A DNA stretch of 32,000 bases from Luteococcus sp. H91. Its GTDB lineage: Bacteria; Actinomycetota; Actinomycetes; Propionibacteriales; Propionibacteriaceae. The DNA is taken from positions 30,491 to 62,490 of the forward strand of contig NZ_JBCDMV010000011.1 of the NCBI RefSeq assembly GCF_038433135.1, given 5' to 3'. Below the pieces are notes generated by a model. The model did no database searches. It saw only the letters and a program-made list of their open reading frames with translations, and was not told where the DNA came from. Positions 23,487 to 32,000 of the stretch are shown here, piece after piece (position 1 is the stretch's first letter; each line of letters begins with the position of its first letter). The translations under genes were made by a program, and so were the position numbers.

Positions 23487-23891
23487 TCAGCGGTGGCCGC
23501 GGATCCGCTTGTCCAGCAGGGTGTACAGGCTGACGGCGGCACCGGTGAAGGCCAGGCCTAGCGCCACGTGCAGCCACTTCAGGCCGCCGCTGCCGCCGAT
23601 CATCTCGCCCAGACCGGTCTGCAGGATGGCCAGCACCGGCAGGCTCAGCGAATGGAAGAACAGGCCCTTGGCGCTCGCGTCGGCCTTGCGGGTCTGGAAG
23701 GCGAAGAAGGCGGCGACGACGCTGGCCAGCAGGGTGAGGTAGCCGAAGCCGCTGTGCGCCTTGGCGATCGCGACGGAGTTGTACCCGGTGAGCATGGCGA
23801 TGCCCAGGGCGAGCTGCACGAAGACCGAGGCGATGATCACCAGCGCGGTGGTCTTGAGGCGGGAAAGGGTGGGAGTGACGGTGGTAGCCAT
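23487..23891 (-). CDS. Integral membrane protein (4 TM), function unknown
   Basis: MATTVTPTLSRLKTTALVIIASVFVQLALGIAML... has four hydrophobic helices, with His residues inside helices 2 and 4 (AHSGFGY, WLHVALG). Confidence 0.6.
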   Translation of the reverse strand: MATTVTPTLSRLKTTALVIIASVFVQLALGIAMLTGYNSVAIAKAHSGFGYLTLLASVVAAFFAFQTRKADASAKGLFFHSLSLPVLAILQTGLGEMIGGSGGLKWLHVALGLAFTGAAVSLYTLLDKRIRGHR

Positions 23892-23998
23892 GCTCTGAGC
23901 CTACGGGATTCTCCGTCGGTGACGGTTCACCCTCCGCGGCCACCGGCGCGCGCCCGCGACGCTAGTCTGGTCCCACCACCACCCGCGGAAGGCACCTC

Positions 23999-24982
23999 GT
24001 GAAGGACATCGTCATCTTCTCCGGAACGGCCCATCAGCAGTTGGCACAGGAGATCTGCCAGAACCTGGGCGTGCAGCTCAGCGGGGTCGACATCCGTCGT
24101 TTCAGCAATGACTGCATCCAGGCACAGCTGCTGACCAACTGCCGCCGCCGCGACGTGTACATCGTGCAGCCCCTGGTTCCCCCGACACAGGAGAACCTGA
24201 TGGAGCTGCTGCTGATGATCGATGCCGCCCGCGGCGCCTCCGCCGAGTACATCACCGCCGTGATGCCGCACTATGCCTACGCGCGCAGCGACAAGAAGGA
24301 CGCCAGCCGGATCTCCATGGGCGGCCGGCTGGTGGCCGACATGTTGAAGACCGCCGGTGCCACCCGCGTCCTCACCATGAGCCTGCATTCCCCGCAGGTG
24401 CAGGGATTCTTCTCCATGCCGGTGGACCAGCTGACCGCCATCGGGGTGTTGGCCGAGCACTATCAGGGCAAGGACCTGACCGATTGGGTGGTGGTCTCCC
24501 CCGACTTCGGCAATGCCAAGGAGGCGGCCACCTTCGCCCGGCTGCTCGGGCTGCCGATGGCCGTCGGCTCCAAGAAGCGGGTCTCCGACGACAAGGTGGT
24601 GATCGACTCGATCGTCGGCGACGTGGTGGGCAAGAAGGCCATCGTGATCGACGACGAGATCGCCACCGGCGGCTCGATCCTGGAATTGCTGGACAAGCTG
24701 GAGGAGTTCGGCTGTCAGCAGGCCTCGGTCTGCACCACGCACGGCTTGTTCAACGGCAAGGCCGTCGAGCGGCTGCAGGGTCACCACATGATCACCGAGG
24801 TGGTCACCACCAACACCGTTCCGCAGGATCACCCCGACTGGACCCACCTGCAGGTGCGCAGCGTCGCCGGGCTCTTCGCCGAGGCGATCCGCCGCACCCA
24901 CGACGGCAAGAGCGTCAGCAAGCTCTTCCGCGGAGTGGATCCGCAGTACGCCCCTCCGCCGCCCCGCGACGGGCTCTTCTGA
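23999..24982 (+). CDS. prs: Ribose-phosphate diphosphokinase (PRPP synthetase) family protein, somewhat divergent
   Basis: GTG start with a GGAAGG Shine-Dalgarno sequence. ...ITAVMPHYAYARSDKKD...LHSPQVQGFF...AIVIDDEIATGGS (PRPP-binding loop). Confidence 0.8.
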   Translation: MKDIVIFSGTAHQQLAQEICQNLGVQLSGVDIRRFSNDCIQAQLLTNCRRRDVYIVQPLVPPTQENLMELLLMIDAARGASAEYITAVMPHYAYARSDKKDASRISMGGRLVADMLKTAGATRVLTMSLHSPQVQGFFSMPVDQLTAIGVLAEHYQGKDLTDWVVVSPDFGNAKEAATFARLLGLPMAVGSKKRVSDDKVVIDSIVGDVVGKKAIVIDDEIATGGSILELLDKLEEFGCQQASVCTTHGLFNGKAVERLQGHHMITEVVTTNTVPQDHPDWTHLQVRSVAGLFAEAIRRTHDGKSVSKLFRGVDPQYAPPPPRDGLF

Positions 24983-24997
24983 TCAACCCGGTCTGGA

Positions 24998-25798
24998 TCA
25001 CCCCAGTGGAGTGAAGGGCCAGCCCTCCACCATCCCGTTCGGGTTGCCGTGCTCCCGGTAGAACTCCCGGCCGAACATGGCCGCGAAGGACGCGTCGTCG
25101 AAGCCGGTCAGCATGCCGATGTCGGTGACCTGGCTGGCGTGGCAGAGCAGCGCCTGGCGCTTCAGCGACAGCTGCGCCGAGACGTCCACCGACCAGTGGA
25201 TCTCCGCCTGGGGCGTGCCCATCGGGTTGCCGTCGTCGGCCGGGCCGGTGGGGTCGAAGGCCAGCTCCATCCCCTGCTCCTTGGCGGCCTGCACCATCCG
25301 GACGGTCTCGTCACGGTTGATGGTCACCTCCAACACCCGGGGGCGACGCCTGGCCAGGGCCGCGGCCCGGTAGGCGACCGGGTGCACCTTGACGTGGTCG
25401 GGGTGGCCGTAGTTGCCATGCCAGTCATAGCCGACCAGCACGTCGGCGTCCTCCTCGTCCAGGATCTTCGCCAGCCGAGCCGCGGCCTCGTCCAGATCCG
25501 CGGCGTGGAAGGAGCCGGGGTCGTCATTCATCTCCCAGCCGGTCATGCCGGAATCGCTGTAGCCCAGCCATTCAACCCGGGCGGTGCCCAGCACCTCGGC
25601 AGAGGCAGCGGCCTCCTTGCGTCGCCGCTCGACGATGGTCTCGCCCGGCGCCAGATCATCAGGCACCTCGCCGTGGTCGCCATTGGTGGCATAGACCAGG
25701 ACGACGCGGTCACCCTGCTGGGTGGCTCGGGCCATGGAGCCGGCGGTGCCGGAGGCCTCGTCGTCGGGGTGGGCGTGCAGGAAGACGATCGTGCTCAT
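24998..25798 (-). CDS. PIG-L family deacetylase (MshB/Mca-like)
   Basis: MSTIVFLHAHPDDEASGTAG...YSDSGM...GNYGHPDHVKVH...LCHASQV. In-frame ATGs also occur at 25807 and 25810; 25798 was chosen because GGAG precedes it and AHPDDE normally sits close to the N-terminus. Confidence 0.8.
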   Translation of the reverse strand: MSTIVFLHAHPDDEASGTAGSMARATQQGDRVVLVYATNGDHGEVPDDLAPGETIVERRRKEAAASAEVLGTARVEWLGYSDSGMTGWEMNDDPGSFHAADLDEAAARLAKILDEEDADVLVGYDWHGNYGHPDHVKVHPVAYRAAALARRRPRVLEVTINRDETVRMVQAAKEQGMELAFDPTGPADDGNPMGTPQAEIHWSVDVSAQLSLKRQALLCHASQVTDIGMLTGFDDASFAAMFGREFYREHGNPNGMVEGWPFTPLG

Positions 25799-25842
25799 GG
25801 GCTCCATCATCCCACGCAGAGCAGTTGATTCCTCAATTACCC

Positions 25843-25952
25843 GGATCTCCGAAAAGCGACCTCCGGAACCCGGTCGGTCGACCGCTTCCCGCGTGGGCTT
25901 GCTCGGCGGAGGCGAATCTGGTGGTCAATTCCCGGAATTGGTCGCCCGACCC
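25843..25952 (+). repeat. Intergenic inverted-repeat element, copy C (short arm 25843-25868, long arm 25914-25952)
   Basis: GGATCTCCGAAAAGCGACCTCCGGAA ... 45 nt ... GAATCTGGTGGTCAATTCCCGGAATTGGTCGCCCGACCC. Confidence 0.8.
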
Positions 25953-25958
25953 TACCCT
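25953..25958 (+). promoter_or_regulatory. Candidate -10 hexamer (TACCCT) for a leaderless DUF456 transcript
   Basis: In TACCCTtgagtcATG there are 6 nt between the hexamer and ATG 25965, and there is no Shine-Dalgarno sequence. Confidence 0.3.
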
Positions 25959-25964
25959 TGAGTC

Positions 25965-26456
25965 ATGACCCCCGCCCTGATTGCCGTCATCGTTGCCATG
26001 CTCGCCCTGGTCGGGCTGTGCGGCATCATCGTCCCGGCCCTGCCCGGAAGCCTCACCGTCGGGCTGGGCGCCCTGGTCTGGGCCATCTGGGGCAACTCGT
26101 CCTGGGGTTGGGTCGCCTTCGGCGTCGCCGCAGTGCTGCTGGCCATCGGGATGGGCTCATCAATGCTGCTGACCAAGCGTGATCTGGACCGGCGCGAGAT
26201 TCCGCAGTGGCCGATCTTCGTCGGGCTGGCCAGCGGCCTGGTGGGCGCCTTCGTGCTGCCGGCGCTGGGCCTGCCGATCGGCTTCGTGCTGGGCCTGTTC
26301 TGCGCCGAGCTCTTCCGGGTGCGCAATGCCTCCACCGCGCTGACCACCAGCGTCGCCGCCATCAAGACGATCGGCACCGGCATGCTGATCGAGCTGGCCT
26401 GCGCGATGACCGCCACCGCCGTGATCGGCGCCAGCGTGATCAGCGGCCTGGTCTGA
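25965..26456 (+). CDS. DUF456-family membrane protein
   Basis: MTPALIAVIVAMLALVGLCGIIVPALPGSLTVGLGALVWAIW... is a four-TM small protein whose N-terminus is typical of DUF456. Confidence 0.7.
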   Translation: MTPALIAVIVAMLALVGLCGIIVPALPGSLTVGLGALVWAIWGNSSWGWVAFGVAAVLLAIGMGSSMLLTKRDLDRREIPQWPIFVGLASGLVGAFVLPALGLPIGFVLGLFCAELFRVRNASTALTTSVAAIKTIGTGMLIELACAMTATAVIGASVISGLV

Positions 26457-26525
26457 CCGCTCCCCTTCGGCGCCGGGAGCCGAAATTCACCTGACAGGCT
26501 GCCCCGCCCGTGCTGGACTGCTGAC

Positions 26526-27386
26526 ATGAGCCAGCCACAGCAGCCCGAAGGTCAAGAAGTCAGCGTCGACTGGGATGAGGCCCGGGAGGCCAACCGTCTC
26601 AACTGGGATGACCGGGCCGCCATCCACGCCACCTCGTATGGGATCGAGGCCTATGTCACCGATCCTGAGCGCATCTCCGACCAGGTTCGGGCAGACCATG
26701 CCGTGCTCCGTGAACACCTGCCGGGTGGCAGCGTGGACGGCCTGGACTTGGTACACCTGCAGTGTCACATCGGCACTGACACCATCTCCTGGGCACGGCT
26801 CGGGGCCCGCGTCGTCGGGCTCGACCTGTCGCCGGCCTCGCTGGAGGTTGCGCGGGATCTGGCGTCGCAGGCCGGCGCCAACGTGACCTGGGTCCAGTCC
26901 GACGCGCTGGCGGCCCGAGCCGCCGTCGAGGGCAACTTCGACGTGGTCTACACCTCCATCGGGGCGATCTGCTGGCTGCCGGACCTGGATCGGTGGGCCC
27001 AGCAGATCGTGGCACTGCTGCGCCCGGGCGGACTCTTCTACATCCAGGACGGCCACCCGATGCTCTACGCCCTGGACGACACCGGCGCCGAGCCGCGAGT
27101 CAGGTACCGCTACTTCCCCACCGGTCAGGCGCAGGCCTGGGATGATCCTGGGACCTACCTCGGCGACGGGCAAGTGGCGCATCCGCGGAGTTACGAGTGG
27201 CCGCACTCGCTGGCGGAGATCTTGGGTTCCCTGCTGCGCGCGGGGCTGGTGATCAGGCACTTCGACGAGGGGCAGACGCTGCCGTGGCGCTTCTCCCCCG
27301 CCATGAGGGAGACCGAACGCGGCTGGATGTGGCCGACGCCGGACCAGATTCCGTGCACCTTCACCATCGTCGCCCACAGGCCATGA
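26526..27386 (+). CDS. Class I SAM-dependent methyltransferase
   Basis: ...VHLQCHIGTDTISWARLGARVVGLDLSPASLEVARDLA...FDVVYTSIGAICWLPDLDRWAQQIVALLRPGGLFYI (motifs I, II and III). Confidence 0.8.
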   Translation: MSQPQQPEGQEVSVDWDEAREANRLNWDDRAAIHATSYGIEAYVTDPERISDQVRADHAVLREHLPGGSVDGLDLVHLQCHIGTDTISWARLGARVVGLDLSPASLEVARDLASQAGANVTWVQSDALAARAAVEGNFDVVYTSIGAICWLPDLDRWAQQIVALLRPGGLFYIQDGHPMLYALDDTGAEPRVRYRYFPTGQAQAWDDPGTYLGDGQVAHPRSYEWPHSLAEILGSLLRAGLVIRHFDEGQTLPWRFSPAMRETERGWMWPTPDQIPCTFTIVAHRP

Positions 27387-27437
27387 CCCACCGGCCGTCA
27401 GATCAGGCCGCGGGCAGTCCAGGTGCCGCCCGTGAGG

Positions 27438-27971
27438 TCACAGCGGTTGCGGCGGCACCAGGCTCTGGCCGCTGACAAAGGCCTCGTGGCCCAGCAGCCA
27501 GGCCTTGCGGTCCTCCCCACCGGCGAAGCCGGTCAGCTTGCCGTTCGCGCCCATCACCCGGTGACAAGGCACGATGATGCCCAGTGGGTTGCGGCCCACC
27601 GAGCCGCCCACCGGCTGCGCCAGGTTCACGTCGCCCAGCCCACGCGCGATCTGGCCATAGGTCACGGTCTGGCCGTAGGGGATCTGGCTCAGCTGCTCCC
27701 AGACCCGAGGATCCAGCTCATTGTGGGCATGCGGCACCAGCGGCAGGTCGAAGCTGGTGCGCTGCCCGGCAAAGTACTCGGCCAGCTGGCCGGCTGCCCG
27801 CGCCAGCACGTCCTCGTCGGCCAGCGCCACCGGTTCCCCCTCGGCGGCACGCTCCGGCTGCACCCGGTGGTTGGCGAAGAAGACGCCGATCAGGTTTCCC
27901 CCCTCGGCAACCAGGGTCAGAGGGCCCAGCGGGCTGTCTACGTCGGCACGACGAATCGCTGAAGAGTTCAC
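27438..27971 (-). CDS. ogt: Methylated-DNA--protein-cysteine methyltransferase
   Basis: ...VDSPLGPLTLVA...IPYGQTVTYGQIA...NPLGIIVPCHRVMGANGKLTGFAGG, with the PCHRV active site. GTG 27971 was chosen because the ATG at 28076 would overlap the divergent P450 gene. Confidence 0.85.
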   Translation of the reverse strand: MNSSAIRRADVDSPLGPLTLVAEGGNLIGVFFANHRVQPERAAEGEPVALADEDVLARAAGQLAEYFAGQRTSFDLPLVPHAHNELDPRVWEQLSQIPYGQTVTYGQIARGLGDVNLAQPVGGSVGRNPLGIIVPCHRVMGANGKLTGFAGGEDRKAWLLGHEAFVSGQSLVPPQPL

Positions 27972-28035
27972 GCAACCATCGTGCCATTCACCGCGATCGG
28001 GGATGATGGATGTCAGCCAGCGAGGGGGATTTCCG

Positions 28036-29243
28036 ATGACCACAGCCGAATGCCCAGTCAGCGCCCGCAAGACCAACTATCCCGGTGAAGTCACCCAGCG
28101 GGGGGTCGAGATCATCGATGGAGTCTGGCACGTCCAGGACATGGCCGTCGCCCGCCAGGTATTGCGCAGCCGGGTAACCACCCAGGCCGGATTCAACTCC
28201 GAGGCCGTGGTGATGAAGAAGCTGCGCAAGCCGATCCTGTTCAACGACGGCACCGAGCACCGCAAGCAGCGCGCCGCCATCGCCCGATACTTCGCGCCGA
28301 AGACCGTCGACGCCAACTACCACGAGCTGATGGAGCGCTACGCCGACGAGTTGATCGACGAGTTCCGCGCCGCCGGCCATGTTGATCTGGCCCAGCTCAC
28401 CCTGCGCTATTCCGTGGTGGTGGCCGCCCAGGTGGTGGGGCTGACCAATTCCGATGTCGACAGGATGGCTCGACGACTGGAACGCTTCTTCGCCACCCCG
28501 CCCGTCGCCCCCACGGTGGAGAAGGACCAGAAGGTCACCGTCCGCAGCCGCTTCGGCGCGATCGCGATGAGTGCCAAGGGCCAGCTGCCGATGCTCACCT
28601 TCCACCTGTCCGACGTCCGGCCCGCAATCAAGGCGCGCAAGGCCAAGCGGCAGGACGACGTGATCAGCCACCTGATCGATGAGGGCTATTCCGACACCGA
28701 GATCCTGATCGAGTGCGTCACCTATGCCGCCGCCGGAATGGTCACCACCCGCGAATACATCGGGATGGCCACCTGGCACCTGCTGGAGAATGACCAGCTC
28801 CGGGCCCGCTACCTGGCCGCCGACAAGCCCGAACGGGTCCAGATCCTGCACGAGATCCTCCGGCTGGAACCGATCGTCGGGCACCTCTACCGGCGCACCG
28901 TCGACCCCCTCGAGATCACCGTCGACGGCGAGCAGCGCACCATCCCCGCCGGCGCCCTGGTGGACCTCTACATCCGCAGCGCCAATGCCGACCCGGCCGT
29001 GGTGGGCGACGACGGGCTGCAGCTCTGCCCCGGGCGCAGCCTGCCGCCCAAGGTGGGTGACGAGGTGATCAGCTTTGGCGACGGCGGGCACAAGTGCCCC
29101 GGCAACTCGCTGGCCATCCAGGAGGCCGACGTGCTGTTGCAGCGCCTGCTGAAGCTCCCGGTACGCCTGGCGACCACGCCGGTGATCGGCTGGGACGAGT
29201 TGATCAAGGGCTACGAGGTGCGCAACATCCGCCTGGAGCTGGA

Positions 29244-29259
<16 letters not shown>
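28036..29259 (+). CDS. Cytochrome P450
   Basis: ATG 28036 follows GAGGGGGA with a 6-nt spacer. I-helix AAGMVTT, EILRLEP (ExxR) and the heme loop FGDGGHKCPGNSLA are present. The track ORF start at 27721 overlaps ogt and is rejected. Confidence 0.85.
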
Positions 29260-31598
<2,339 letters not shown>

Positions 31599-31662
31599 CG
31601 GGATCTCCATCCATGCGGGTCGACGGTGACGGCCCGACCATCCGGGAGATTCACCGAAGACA

Positions 31663-31685
31663 AGTGAACCAGCTCCCACCGACAA
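31663..31685 (-). promoter_or_regulatory. Candidate DNA-damage (RecA-NDp / PafBC-type) promoter motif upstream of the UvrA paralogue
   Basis: The minus strand reads TTGTCGGTG ggagctgg TTCACT. The upstream 9-mer and the 8-nt spacing fit my recollection of tTGTCRgtg-N8-TAnnnT. The -10 hexamer deviates at position 2 (T instead of A). Confidence 0.35.
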
Positions 31686-31736
31686 GACACACCGGCCCGC
31701 TGGCGGGCCCTGCGCACGCTGGCGCCGAGGCCAGGC

Positions 31737-31853
31737 TTTCCGAGAATCGACCCCCAGAATCTCCCAGAACACGAGGATGGCACCGGCCAACACGGGAGAG
31801 CCATCGACGAGCAGGAATCTGGCGGTCGATTCTCGGAATTGGTCTCCCGAACC
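31737..31853 (+). repeat. Intergenic inverted-repeat element, copy D (short arm 31737-31761, long arm 31815-31853)
   Basis: TTTCCGAGAATCGACCCCCAGAATC ... 53 nt ... GAATCTGGCGGTCGATTCTCGGAATTGGTCTCCCGAACC. Confidence 0.85.
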
Positions 31854-31878
31854 ACTGTTGCGCCGACCCGCAGCGGGC

Positions 31879-31884
31879 TAGGTT
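31879..31884 (+). promoter_or_regulatory. Candidate -10 hexamer (TAGGTT) for a leaderless transcript
   Basis: In GCTAGGTTcgcaggcATG there are 7 nt to ATG 31892 and no Shine-Dalgarno sequence. The same GCTAGGTTC string occurs upstream of the MshA-MshB fusion. Confidence 0.3.
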
Positions 31885-31891
31885 CGCAGGC

Positions 31892-32000
31892 ATGAGCACT
31901 CACAGAACCGCCCCCGAACTCCCGCAGGGAATCACCTTCGTCAAGGATCACGGCCAGGACGCCTACCGGATCGAAACCGAGCTGTGCACCGGCCTGGTGC
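31892..32000 (+). CDS. Start of an unidentified protein (first 36 codons only)
   Basis: MSTHRTAPELPQGITFVKDHGQDAYRIETELCTGLV... shows GC3-rich codon usage and runs off the right edge. There is not enough sequence for a family call. Confidence 0.4.
   Translation, partial: MSTHRTAPELPQGITFVKDHGQDAYRIETELCTGLV

Noticed and set aside
27721-28035. N-terminal extension of the P450 ORF, and the ATG 28076 start of ogt
   Set aside because: Either extension would make the two divergent genes overlap extensively. The internal starts (28036 with a Shine-Dalgarno sequence; GTG 27971) give proteins of normal length.
31599-31793. N-terminal extension of the UvrA-like ORF (start at 31793)
   Set aside because: It runs through repeat copy D and the putative promoter. 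Conserved UvrA sequence starts right after ATG 31598, which has a GGAG Shine-Dalgarno sequence.

Overview
This is a chromosomal segment from a very GC-rich actinobacterium. Third codon positions are almost uniformly G/C, so nearly every real gene carries long Arg/Gly/Pro/Ala-rich shadow ORFs in other frames and on the opposite strand. I can support about 27 protein-coding genes or gene remnants, one tRNA, several stem-loop terminators and a four-copy intergenic inverted-repeat family. Left to right: (1) the 5' part of a TauE/SafE-type membrane protein gene and a translationally coupled lipoprotein gene, both on the minus strand. (2) A 3.8-kb patch of gene decay: a frameshifted ABC ATPase, a truncated ABC-2 permease joined by deletion to a LuxR response-regulator fragment, and a family-39 glycosyltransferase broken at three places, with one intact small zinc-ribbon gene in the middle. 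(3) A tightly coupled SRPBCC / GPH-type MFS transporter / Usp operon. (4) A small membrane protein and a GNAT. (5) The fructose PTS locus, ptsI divergent from fruR-fruK-fruA-ptsH, in the order I recall from Corynebacterium glutamicum. (6) A quinol-type nitric-oxide reductase. (7) A secreted S8 peptidase. (8) An atypical tRNA-Gly(UCC). (9) A metallophosphoesterase followed by one ORF that fuses an MshA-like GT4 glycosyltransferase to an MshB/Mca-like PIG-L deacetylase. (10) A membrane protein, a Prs homologue and a second PIG-L deacetylase. (11) A DUF456 protein, a SAM methyltransferase, Ogt, a cytochrome P450 and a short UvrA paralogue. I saw no CRISPR array, transposase, integrase, phage gene or recognisable defence system. 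The most unusual items are: the well-formed but non-canonical tRNA-Gly, whose deviations sit at the D/T-loop elbow, the T stem and position 37; the roughly 110-bp inverted-repeat element present four times; the MshA-MshB fusion with an adjacent phosphoesterase; and the localised pseudogene patch. All functional calls rest on my own recognition of motifs in the translated ORFs. No database search or folding program could be run.
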